Assembly: GCA_951406725.2 (NCBI GenBank)
Contig: OX597814.1
Coordinates: forward strand, 111,042,001 to 111,106,000
Source of the DNA: Octopus vulgaris
Lineage: Eukaryota
Direction of reading: 5' to 3'
DNA: 64,000 bases
Numbering within the stretch: position 1 is the stretch's first letter; every line of letters begins with the position of its first letter. The position numbers and the translations under genes were made by a program. The notes beneath the pieces were generated by a model. That model had not been told where the DNA came from, searched no databases, and was given only the letters and a program-made list of their open reading frames with translations. Below, piece after piece: positions 27,600 to 40,629 of this stretch.

Positions 27600-28810
27600 G
27601 ATAACTGGTTGGAAAATATTCAGAGATAACTGGTAACAACAAAGATCTTTTCCATAAGACTGAAGGGCAGACTGTATGATGCTTGTGTTAAAACAACAAT
27701 GCTACATGGTGGGTGAGCTATGGGCCTTGAATGCAAAAGACTTGAGAAGGTTGGAAAGAAATTAAGCAAGCAAGTTCCATTGGATATGCAGTGTGAGTGT
27801 ACATGAAAGAATTAGTACAAAGGTGCTGAGTGACAAACTGAGTATAAAAGCAATCAGATGTTGTGTACAAGAAAGAAGACTGCACTGGAATGGACATGGG
27901 ATGTAATTGGATGAGGACAGCTGTATAAAGTGCCAATCACTAAATGTGGCCAGACCTTGCAAAAGAGGGAGACCCAATACAACATGGGATGAAGTGGTTA
28001 AGGCTGACCTCAGGACCCTGAGCTTGACAGAAGAGATGACAAAGGATCAGGATTTCTGGCAATATGAGGTTCTTACAAACACTTGCCCTCATCAGCAAAA
28101 CTGAGTTCTGAGAGTGCTATGTATGCTCTCCACCCACATTACAGTCACTCATCACCCTCCTCCCCACAACTCCTGCAGCCAACCCAACCATGCCATCCCT
28201 CTCTCTTGTTGTCCCCCGCCCAACAACTGTATCATCTCTACTACTTCTGCTGCTCACCTCCCACTATCTTCTGCATTCCTCTATCTCCCCCATCTCAAGG
28301 CTCCTTGCTCATCCAACCTTCAATCCTAACCATTTTGGCAGTATGTCTCTCCTTCCCTTTATTCTCTTTCCTATACAATTTCGCAAACTAATTCAACTCA
28401 TCTTGTCTTGAGGAACCACCTAGGCACTGCATTGTCATTATCTACCCACTGAAGCTCCTACTGTTTATTTCCTCTTTCTCTCCTCTTCCCCAACTAGATG
28501 TGAATATCCATACAGATTCTTTACAGGAACCTGCACTGTTACACATCCTCATAGTTCAATCTCCACTTCCCTTAGCCTGAAGCTAACATCCTGCTTGGGT
28601 TTATAGTTTTGCGAGCTGCATTGTAATCTCAATGGTGCAAGTGGCACAAAAAAAACATGCAGCTCCTGCTGAAAAGCAGTTGATGTTAGGAAGGGGATCA
28701 AACTGTAGAAATCATGTCAAAACAGACACTGGATCACAATACAGTCCTCAGACACACTGGATCCCATCAAACCTATGCCAACATAGAACAGGGACATTAA
28801 ATGATGATTA
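27600..28810 (+). mobile_element. Decayed RTE LINE 3' region: ORF C-terminus, 3' UTR and tail
   Basis: Remnants translate as LKGRLYDACVKTTML, RRLHWNGH and RGRPNTTWDEVVKADL; ends ...ccatcaaacctatgccaacatagaacagggacattaaatgatgat. Confidence 0.8.
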
Positions 28811-29534
28811 CCTTCTCTGATTTTGCTTATTATATATCATCACACATCTCAATTTTTTTCATCATCTCATTTGTTAATCTCAGCATCTGAGGATCTAACA
28901 TCACCATTTCTTCCCTTGTATTCCTTTCCCATGGATATCCTCTACCAACAGTAGCACATGGCACCTGCTCTCATAGCATCAATTCGCATCACATGTCCAT
29001 ACCATCACAGCTATCTCTCCTGCACACATGTAATGCTTATCTACTTAGTTCACTTCATTCATCCATTGGATGTATGGTGGCTAACACCATATATTCAATG
29101 GATTGTGTTTGCCTCAATTTTCTCCAGCCATCACAAATATTCCAAATTCCCTGTTCACCTCAGTCTGGTTATGATTTATAAAATTAGATACTATGTCTAT
29201 TCAATCATTGTGTAATTTTATCTTAAAATTGTTATATGTTTTTATTACTTTATCGTTTAATTAAGGAGATATTGAATCTGATTCATTACCGATCTATAAA
29301 TGAAGTATAATGTGCTTGAGGATAATTACAAAAGTTTGCTTTCAGAATTATAAACAATTTTAAAATTCAAATGAAGAAGAAATCTTATATAAACTCTGTT
29401 AACCTTTGCAAATCTTTTCAGTGATATTCATTAAAAGATCTCTAAAGATCACAACCTAATCAACAATAACCAAATTTAAGAAGCAACATAATCAATAGGA
29501 AAATATTAATAGTAGCATATAAAGAGCTTGATAT

Positions 29535-29571
<37 letters not shown>

Positions 29572-32500
29572 GCGTGCGTGCATGCATGTTGTTTTTACTG
29601 AGTGAGTATAATTTACTTTTTTATAACAATTTCTTTACAATGATTAGACACTTTATAAACAGTACAAATTTATTTTTGTTTTACAGATTTTGTTTGCAAG
29701 TCTTTCTCACTATACCTCACTTGAATCCACTTTTGAACATCCTTCCTTGTTTCTCCCCGTTGAGTCAATTTTTCTAAGAAACTGCATTTCTACAGAAATC
29801 AAGTACATTATATATATACTCTTAATTGGATTTAACTTTTTCTATTTCACAAATCCTAAAGGGATTTACCCAAAGACCATGAGGAATCTTTTTCCAAGAT
29901 AAGTGAGTATGTGATGATTATGATGATGATATGGTGTTAAAATGTTGGAATACTGGTCTTCATTTGATCACTAGTTACGCATATACAAACTAATAGAAAA
30001 GTAAACCTATCTCCGGTATTTTTGATAGTGATTAGCTAAGGAATGGAACACAGGTATATAAACACTTGTTATAATAGTTGATATCAATATCTCAATGTAC
30101 ATAACTGTAAGCTGTTTGTCAAGCTCTTTTTCTAAATAGTTTTCAAGAATTTCAAAACAAAAACAATTGAATGAATTTTTGCAATCTAAAAACCTCTGAA
30201 TACTATGATATCATGACCGAAAGACACATTATTAAGGACTTATAAACTATGCTCTCATAACTACAGGAAGTATAAACTTGTTCTTTTCAGTTTTTATGGC
30301 TACCATATGATAAAACATCTTTATATGTCCAACATAGATTGAACTGTGCCTTATGGTCTGAGTAAATTTTTATCTGAAGTTATTGCCCTCCTAAATGAAC
30401 CAGAGACCACTTCTCAGCCATATGTTGCATTTTTTGTATAGTTACTATGATTAAATAGCAATCAGATTGTCCTTGGTGTATTTTACTAGGATACCAACAC
30501 TTGAAAGACTAAAGATTCCTCCCTACTCTATGTTGTCTCTCTTTAAGGTAATGTGACTCAGTGGATGAATAGAAGAATGAAGACAGAGAGGAAAGCAGGG
30601 TGAGAAAAAGTAAAAGGTAAGAATGCAACTGAAAAACAGTGATAGGAGCAAGGGGAGTGATAGATGAGGTAATAGAAGAGAGACAGTTGTTACATGCTGG
30701 TTGTTGGTATAGAGATTGAATAGGAAAACTGTACTATTGGTGTGATGAGGGAAGAGAAAGTGACGAAGGTAGACAGGGTGATAAAAGAAGAGTAATAGAA
30801 GTGAGAAAGATAAATGGACAGCAAAAAAAAAATATGTCAACAGTGAGTGATAGAAGAGGGAGTAATGAGAGAGGGTGAATACTAATAAAGATAGGTTATG
30901 GAAAGCAAGAGTGTGAGTGATGGGTAACAACAGAGATGGACAATGATAAGAAAGAATGAGTGTAATTTTAAACACATTCAGCCAAAGTATTTAATAATAT
31001 ATATTCACTATTTTAACAGAAGATATTCAAGATTACACTCTCTATTGCTATTCAAGGAAAAAATATTTTATTATTGTCCCTAGATTTTCTAGATGTATTA
31101 ACTGAAATAATTGAGTCATCAGGTTAGAACATTCCAGTCCTTCACAATGACCCAGCTGTAAGCTTGTGACTTGATAGGGTGTTTGAAGGCTGTTCACTTG
31201 AATTGTATCAACCTGACACCAATACTGTAAGTATTGAAACTAATTACACATTTTAATAGAGACACCCTATTTTCATTATTTGAGTCTACACAGAAGATGA
31301 CAGCAACAGAAAGGAGAATCCAAGTTCTGTCAGGATCAACTTTGTCACTTTTCGTAAATGAAACTAAATACTAGTAAAGTACTGATAGAGCTAATAAACA
31401 AATAGAAGACAAAAGGTAAAGCAATGTGTTGAGTGAGGAGGAAATAGGCTTTGATTTTTGAGGGCACGAAGTTGATAGAATACTAATAAAAACCATGCAA
31501 CTAGTCTATGAACTACTATTGTGTAATTTGTAAAGGGTGCAGCATATTTCTTGCCCAATCCAGACATGCTTTGGGGTACTTTCAGGTATAGTAATTTTTA
31601 ACAAGTTACAAAGGCCAGTGCTGTTGAGCACCTAGGCCCAAACTACCTAGTGGGTTCCCACCCATGTCATGTGTGGATTAGGTTCCTTAAATGTTTTTCA
31701 TGTTTTTAATCAACTTTTATCTTGTTTTAATTACTGTGTTTTATATAATTTTATTTTCTATGTTTTTCTCAGTTTTTTTCTTTTAATATGTTCATTGAAT
31801 AATGGCCTTTCCATCCCCTTGTATTTATATAACTGTCTTATCAACTTGTACATGGTTTGTAACCCATACCCATGTTTTAACATTTATTGGATGTATGTAC
31901 AAAACCTTGTGAAGAATGACTATTATTATTAAAAATAATGAAGTGATAGTAATGATAGAAAAGTCACATTCTTCAAATTTTCAACCTCACCAGGATCAAC
32001 CTTGCATTTCATGCTTCCATGTTTGATAAAACAAGTACCAGTTATATACTGAAATAAATTAATTTGACTATATTCCTCTACGAATGTGCGGTCTTGCACC
32101 AAAGTTAAAAACTAATGTACTGTTGCTACTGCCATCACCACCAGTACCTTCATCAAAACCACTGGAAAAGCCTGTATATGCTTGCCTGAATTGATAGAAA
32201 TAACATCTGAGTGTCTCTTAAATTACTGTCTTGGATAGTGTAGTTTTGAGATATTATTTTCTAGGAAAACAGATGGGATGGTAACTGCTACAATGTCTTT
32301 AATGATGTTTGTTCAATCAGAACTGACATTGGGCAAAATAACATTACTTTCTCAAAATAGTTTTTCAAATCTTTTTTTTTTTACTTGACTATATCCTTCC
32401 TACCATTAATTTGAATATATTTAGAATCTTGTTTTATTTCTTTTTTCCGATAATCCTTTAAAGTCAAATTAGAGATTTAATTATAAAATCTAAGACACTA

Positions 32501-33674
32501 AAGAGATTATCTGTTCATTATTTTGAAACCTGTTGCCAAAGCAACTGACTACAACTTCAGGTGTCTTAAAGGTGTCTTTCATTGATTTGTAAAGCACTTC
32601 AATAGAATCCAGGTATTTATTTTACTGACACTGTTGGAACAAAAGGATGTCAAATCTACTTAAGTTCAAACTAGGAACTGATGGAAATCAACATTCCAGC
32701 ACAAAGACTGCGCTATGAAATCCTACTATCTTTCATTTAAATAATAAAAATTACTAAATTTCCTTTCACTCAAATACACCTAAAATAATTCCTTTCCCAA
32801 GAAATTGAAAGCTGGCCCACCACATACTTGATATGTCAATTATGCTCATATATGAACATGTATAACAGGGGACATAAAGGTGGTGAAGGATAGAAAAAAT
32901 AACTTGTAATAGATAGAAAAAAAATTTCAAAGAAATTTGAGATATAAGTTTATCAAACTAAGCTGATAAAAATACAGTTAACCCTTTCATATTTAAACTG
33001 ACCATATCAGACCAGTCATGTCCCTTTGTCACTTATTCTAGTTATAGAATTTATCTTTCACACCTCTGTACTTTATTTTATCAATCTCAGGGGAATGAAA
33101 AGTAAAATCAATTTTGGTAGAACCTGAACTAAGAATGTAAAGAGACAGCTAAATATGACAGAGTGGACAGCTATTCTACTGATCTGGCCAATATTGATAA
33201 AATACAAATTTACAGAATGGCTTACAATATCAAGTTTATGGTATCAAACAAAATCCTTAAAACAGCATTTAATTATACTATTGGTTCAAAATCTGCTAAT
33301 ATGCATTGCTACTCAGAGCAAGGAATTCTACAGTAAGTACTTACTAGAAAAGAAATACCAGATCATTTTTAAAAAATAGTTGGTAAGGCCATAAAATATT
33401 TTCCATTGGAAGATGAACCTCAAGTCAACCCATAACACATGAGTAAAATTGGGTGAATGGAAACTGAGTATAAGACTGTCAAATGGATTGTACCTGTAAT
33501 TCAAAGAGTTCAGCTTCATCTCATACCTGTGTAACGTTCACTGTGCATCAGAATTTTACATTAAAGATACGTGTCTGTGGAATATTCAACCATTTGCATT
33601 CATTGAACCTGGCAGGCAGTTCAGTTGATTGAACACTCATGGGTGGAAAATCTGACCAAGGTCTCTCTCTGTAT

Positions 33675-33945
33675 CATCACTTAAAGTCCACTTTCCATGC
33701 TGGCATGGGTTGGACAGTTTGACTGAGAACTGGCAAGCCAGAAGGCTGCACCAGACTCTAAATCTGATCTGGCAAGGTTTCTACGGCTAAAAGGTCTTCC
33801 TAAATCCAACCACTCCAAGAGTGTAGTAGGTGCTTTTTACGTGCCACCGGCACAAGGGCCAGTCAGGCGGTACTGGCATCGACCATGCTCGTATGGTGCT
33901 TTTTACATGCTACCGGCACGGGAGCCAGTCAGGCAGCAATGACCA
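33675..33945 (-). mobile_element. Family C (RTE-tail) element with about 2 internal repeat units
   Basis: ccactttccatgctggcatgggttggacag...ggtgctttttacgtgccacc...ggtgctttttacatgc. Confidence 0.8.
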
Positions 33946-34622
33946 TGCACGGAAGTCCTTATTTATCAGTTAAGTGTGACCAACAATGTAAATATGTCTC
34001 CTGCAGGCCTATGCAAGTATACACACACACGTTTGCACTCACCTTCTTCACCAACACTGCAGTAACAATCCACTTACGACCACCCCTGATTCTATGATAC
34101 AAACATCCTGTTTTAAAATCATTTTAAAATATGTCACTAAAATTTCCTGTTAATTTGTGCTCCAAAATCCAGTTTAATAAGAATAGTTATTTTACTAAAT
34201 TCTTCACTATTTTCAAAATTACTTGAAACCAAGGTGAGGTATTCCTACAGAAATATGGTAACAAAGGAGTTACTGTGATCTAAATTAAAACCTTCCATCA
34301 TAATTTCATATATTATCCAAAATGTATAGTATTAAATATCCATCACAGCTGATCTTACCAATCAGTTTTGTGTAAAGAATACAATGGAGTGTTAGGTAAT
34401 GATTTGATTATATAACTTGACACTCATCAGAGTTAGCTCACCAAAGTTATATAATTGGATCATTACATAACACTCCATTGTATTCTTTACATGAAGCCGA
34501 TTGGCAAGATCAGCCGCAATGGATATTTGATACTATACATTGCAGATAATACACCCACTCTACTGACAGATATACGAGTGCATCTTTTCACCAACTTATG
34601 GTCTCTTAGACGACTAACATGT

Positions 34623-34672
<50 letters not shown>

Positions 34673-35538
34673 TACACACACACACAAAACAAAATGACAA
34701 TAGTATACGTTGTTCTTCAATACAAGAACCAAATAAATAAATATTTTATTTGGATTCTAATAAATTGAAGAACAAATATGAATCTTGAGAATCAGTAATA
34801 CTTCACCAAAAATTGTACAAAGAGAAATTTATTCAGTAAATTTTTCTTCTGTGCAAATTCAGAAATTTAAAAATATTTAAAAAATGCTGTCCCTTTGTTC
34901 ACCATGGATATAAAAATACAAATGAAATTCTTTCTAAACCTTTCTTGAAATAACACACAGGGGAAAAGATATTCTGAATAGAACAGTTAAACCTTACTAA
35001 GTAGGTTAACCAGTCTGTTTGAAGAAAGCAAAGCAGATAGCTTTCAAGCAAGTAGACAAGTAGACTAATAAAAGAACCTTGTATCAACATTATTTGACAA
35101 CAGCTGGATTTGACAGGTCAGTTCTAAATACTTAAAAATCATTTGTGTGTGACAAACCTTGTACTCCAATGCCACTGTTTTTTTTACTTGCAAGCAAACT
35201 ACATTTTTCTTCCCTGAAAACTAATCATTTATCACTTTTGCATTTCATAAAGACTTGTCAATAAATACATCATTTAATTTCGACAAGTTAAAGGATCTTC
35301 TCATGAAATAGTAGAGAATTAAATGACAATATCACAAAATCACAATGCAGTAAAACAGTTATTGGCCCAGTAGGTTTCTCCTTCATTTGAAATGTCCAAC
35401 ATGGCTAGAAAGTAATGTATGCTTAAATATCTCAAGGAAGGAAGGAAATAGAGGGAAATATAAACCCCAAAGACAGCCAAAATGGTAATACATATCTCAT
35501 ATGTTAAATAACATTAATAATCATGAATATGTAATAAT

Positions 35539-36019
35539 TACATTATTTACATTTGACGAATATTTGTCCTCATCTTGTTTGTTGTTAACATTTCAGCTGA
35601 TATACCCTCCAGCCTTCTTCAGGTGTCTTGGAGAAATTTCGAACCTGGGTTCTCATTCCTAAGGTATTTTTCGGTGTTATTATTATTATCATCATTCAGG
35701 TCACTGCCTGGAATTGAACTCGGAATCTTGGGATTAGTAGCCTGAGCTCTTAACCACTAGGCCCACAGGCATATGGCATAGTGGTTAAGAGTGCAGGCTA
35801 CTAACCCCAAGATTCTGAGTTCAATTCCAGACAGTGACCTGAATGATAATAATGATAACAATAACATTGAAAAATATCTTAGGAATGAGAACCCAGGTTT
35901 GAAATTTTCCCAAAACACCTGATGAAGGCTGGAGGGTATATCAGCCGAAATGTTGTGTTAACAACAAACAAGATGAGGACAAATATCCGTCAAATGTAAG
36001 TAATGTACATATAGAACTG
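35539..36019. mobile_element. Palindromic tRNA-head/hammerhead element, copy 2
   Basis: Inverted arms span 35539-36007 around the centre ccactaggcccacaggcatatggcatagtgg. A box TGGCATAGTGG at 35774-35784, B box GTTCAATTC at 35819-35827. Terminal atagaactg (36011-36019) matches the copy-1 terminus cagttctat at 10727. Confidence 0.85.
35914..35959 (+). ncRNA. Minimal type I hammerhead ribozyme motif
   Basis: aacac-CTGATGA-a-ggctg(gagggtatat)cagcc-GAAA-tg-TT-gtgtt. Helix I is aacac/gtgtt, helix II is ggctg/cagcc, core is CUGANGA...GAAA...UH. Ancestral helix III palindrome ACGT inferred because two arms show tg and ca at this position (CpG decay). Confidence 0.75.
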
Positions 36020-36526
36020 TATTATGCTTTAATTAGTTGTTAAAATAGTTAACCAATTGAAATAAAAATAAAGTGAAATATAACCAATGCATGAGTTTAT
36101 TATTGGCATAATGACTCCCTCGAGATCCAACAAAATCCATTTCAACACAGGTTCAAATCAAGAATCTTGTAAACCAAATACAAAAAGGAAAGGTTTTATT
36201 GAAATTCTCCAGTAAGATAATTTCATTAACTTGCTGTATTAATATTTTCAAATATTAATTTTAAACCATAGTTATAAACAGAAAATTACATTGGTGAAGT
36301 ATGATATGCTAGTTAATTTCCAGTTCTGTTTATGCTAGTAATGTGGCAAGACAAAATATATTTATACAGTAAATGAAGTATATAAAATTATTATACATTA
36401 TATATTACTGATATATTCCATTTTCAATAAACTACAATCACCAACAAACAAATGGATGGAATGTATTGCTTTTTCACCTTGTTTTTCTACACAAAATTGT
36501 CTTAATTGCCTGAATGTATATATAAA

Positions 36527-37776
36527 CACAGACACGACAGAAGTAAATAGACACCATCAAACATCCTTTTATGTTTATTTTAACTTGTAATTGTTTATAT
36601 TTTTTATTAATTGACATTTTTATGTTTCAGGTTCTATATATGACTGTTTGATAATGCCATGTACAGAAGAAACCTTGGAACTGTCTGAATTTCAAAGAGG
36701 CTGTATTGTGGGTCATTCTGAAGGTGGACATAGTCAGTGTAAAATTGCAGAAAACCTTGAGATCCTGCTTTCTACAGTTAATAGAGTGATTGTGCAATTC
36801 ACCAGAGAGGGGAAAGAGGGCACATCACCTGACCCAGATCAACCAGGGCCCTCTGACAGGACCCTTCTCTTTGCTAAGGGAAGTGTGGAGGATAATCCTC
36901 ATTGCAAGGCCTCTGACAAAGCAGAACAAGTTGATATCAGTCTCAGAACAGCTGTTAGGTATCTCCATAAATTTGGTTACTATGGCAGAGCAGCAAGAAG
37001 GAAGCCACTTCTTTGACCAGCCAACATCAAGCAGAGAAAAGATTAGGCCAGTGAGATGGGGGAGAGGCCACTAGCATTTTGGGATACTGTCATATTCTCT
37101 GATGAGTCCAGATTTGATGTATTTCCTGACAGTGGTCGAGTGTGGGTCTGGAGACCCTGTGATCAAGAATTTGATGTGAAAAGATAGCAGCCAATAATGA
37201 AACATGGCAGCTGTTCTGTGATGGTCTGGGGAGCAATCTGGAGCAATGGTTGATCAGAGCTGGTGGAGTGTGAGGGAAACGTAAACTCAGATAAATATGT
37301 ATCCATATTGCAGAAAGGACCCCTTCCAATCTTTTCCAGTGATGAAATGATTAAAGAAGACTATTTATGGAAGATGGGGCTCCTTGTCACATAGCTAAAA
37401 TGACTCAAGATTTGTTGGATGAGAATGGCATTAAAAAGCTTCCATGGCCAAGCCAGTCACCAGATATGAACCCTATTGAACACCTCTGGGACATAATGGA
37501 CAGGACACTTCATAAAAAGAACAAGAAAGCATCTTCAAAGCCAGATCTTTTGAAATTACAGCATGAAACTTGGCAAGAAATTTCACAAAAGTATATTCAT
37601 CATCTAATCAGTAACATGCCTAATAAGGTCCTTACATTGAAAAATGCAAAAAGCATATCTACTAAATATTAATTATTCACATTATAACAATTAATACATA
37701 ATTTGAATGTATAATTTCAGATTTAAATAAATTTTAATGATTATAAGGGTATCTGTTTACTTCTGTCATTTCTGTG
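36527..37776 (+). mobile_element. Decayed Tc1-family DNA transposon (DD34E)
   Basis: ~29-bp TIRs cacagacacgacagaagtaaatagacacc and ggtatctgtttacttctgtcatttctgtg (4 mismatches); TA TSDs eroded. Confidence 0.9.
36654..37672 (+). pseudogene. Tc1 transposase pseudogene
   Basis: HTH region [36 protein letters not shown] and MEDGAPCH..WPSQSPDMNPIEHLW with 34 residues between D and E; several stops and frameshifts. Confidence 0.9.
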
Positions 37777-38637
37777 CACATATGTATGGTTAAGATTCGT
37801 GGAAGTTGATTTTGCATTTTACAATCAAGGATAACACAGAAAATTAGGGTCCTCAAAATGGTTGTGTGTGTGTGTGTGACCAGGCACCAATACATGTCTG
37901 GAAGAATTCATAGAGTTATTTAAAAATTGAACCATTACATCTATTTTTTTTTCTTTTGCCATTGATATCACATTGTCAAGTGTGTACATCATTCTAGTTT
38001 CTTCCTCCTTTTAATCTTTACTTGAATACAAGAGAGTAATCAACAATGCAAAAGATTGAGTGACACTACCTCTCATCATCATTTAATGTCCAGTTTCCAT
38101 GCTGACATACATTGGACGGTTTGACAGGAGCTGGCAAGCCAGAAAACTGCACCAGGCTTCACTACCTGTTTTGGCATGATTTTTACAGTTGGATGCTCTT
38201 CTTATCATCAATTTGAATACTTATTTTACTCGCCAAAGAGGAGTGAAACCATGTCCAGACTTAGAGCTCTAAGGACACCACTTCTATCAACTGATTCACT
38301 CTTCTTTTTAAAGAATTAACATTTTAGAAGTTAGTAATATCAATTAAATGCTATCATATTTGATGCCACATTTTAAAGCCAGTATGTGATGAATAATAGT
38401 TCAAAATTATTATTTACTAACTATTCTCATTATCCACCCAACAATCCATTAAATCCAATTCTGATCACCTTAACTATCCAAATCTAAATATTGGTATTCT
38501 TTCATAGTTTCCATTAATTCTACAAATTATTAAATAAAATTATAGCTTAATTTTCAATTTCTATTAAACTGATGAGTTTATATACAAAATCAGACAAAAT
38601 CAAATTAAATTCAAACTTATAGTAGGTTTTTTCTAAT

Positions 38638-38668
38638 GATATATATATACATATACACATATATATAC

Positions 38669-38699
<31 letters not shown>

Positions 38700-38714
38700 C
38701 ATATATATACACAC

Positions 38715-38747
<33 letters not shown>

Positions 38748-38830
38748 CACACACACATATATATATATATACACATATATATATACACATATATATATAT
38801 ACACACATATATACACACATATATACACAC

Positions 38831-38881
<51 letters not shown>

Positions 38882-38892
38882 TATATACACAC

Positions 38893-38927
<35 letters not shown>

Positions 38928-38958
38928 CACACACATATATATACACACATATATATAC

Positions 38959-38989
<31 letters not shown>

Positions 38990-39023
38990 CACACACATAT
39001 ATATACATATATATATATACATA

Positions 39024-39073
<50 letters not shown>

Positions 39074-39074
39074 T

Positions 39075-39151
<77 letters not shown>
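38638..39151. repeat. Compound (TA)n/(CA)n microsatellite
   Basis: Directly visible. Confidence 0.97.
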
Positions 39152-39155
<4 letters not shown>

Positions 39156-39236
39156 GCATGTTTACTTCGTAAAAACCAGTCGCGTTTTTTTTCCCTCCGT
39201 TCGCCCACCTCGGGATCTTTCTTTCTTCCTTCTCTT

Positions 39237-39275
39237 ATGTTTCTGACGAAGAGCTCCGCTCGAAACGTCACACCC
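39237..39275 (+). ncRNA. Minimal hammerhead ribozyme motif (second family) within a ~210-bp insert between TA arrays
   Basis: CTGACGA-a-gagc(tcc)gctc-GAAA-cg-TC at 39243-39269, with GUC cleavage triplet and ACGT helix-III palindrome; helix I only partly paired. Confidence 0.65.
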
Positions 39276-39604
39276 TCCTTCTTCCCTTTTTCCTGAGCGC
39301 CTAATAATAATACTTTAATTGTTCCACGTGTTGTTGTTTTTACTGTTTTCCCGTTTGGATTAACCTTATATATATATATATATGATATTTGATATTTGAT
39401 TTGGATGTATTTCTCCATTTTCTTATCTTGTATTAGTAATTTGTGGTAAATCATTTTACCTTTGCCCATATAATACAGTAAATGAATTGATTGCATCGCA
39501 ATCCTTAACATTTATGTATTAACTTTGTTGGGTACATCACTAGCAGTATATTGGATATATGTTATTCCATGGAGGGTTGCATTTACAACCCCTATCTCAA
39601 TTTG

Positions 39605-40143
<539 letters not shown>

Positions 40144-40152
40144 TTAAAATTT

Positions 40153-40459
40153 TGGCAGGTAAAAAGCACCATCCGATCGTGGCCATTGCCAACCTCGCCT
40201 GGCCCCTGTGCCGGTGGCACGTAAAAAGCACCATCCATCCGTGGCCGTTTGCCAGCTCCGTCTGGCACCTGTGCGGGTGGCACGTAAAAAGCACCCACTA
40301 CACTCACGGAGTGGTTGGCGTTAGGAAGGGCATCCAGCCGTAGAAACACTGCCAGATCAGACTGGGCCTGATGCAGCCTTCTGGCTTCACAGACCCCAGT
40401 TGAACCGTCCAACCCATGCTAGCATGGAAAGCGGACGCTAAATGATGATGATGATGATG

Positions 40460-40460
<1 letters not shown>
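40153..40460 (+). mobile_element. Young family C (RTE-tail) element with 62-63-bp internal units
   Basis: CpG-rich; three aaaaagcacc cores; tail aacccatgctagcatggaaagcggacgctaaatgatgatgatg. Confidence 0.85.
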
Positions 40461-40534
<74 letters not shown>

Positions 40535-40629
40535 TATATATGATTGATTGATTGATTGATTCTAGTTTCAGCTTATGAGCTGTGGCCATGCTGGGGCACC
40601 GCCATTTGGTGTTGCTACTTGGTTTCACT

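Noticed and set aside
35768-35840. Functional tRNA gene (ACT anticodon-like loop)
   Set aside because: The acceptor and anticodon stems pair poorly and the sequence is embedded in a repeat; treated as a SINE head.
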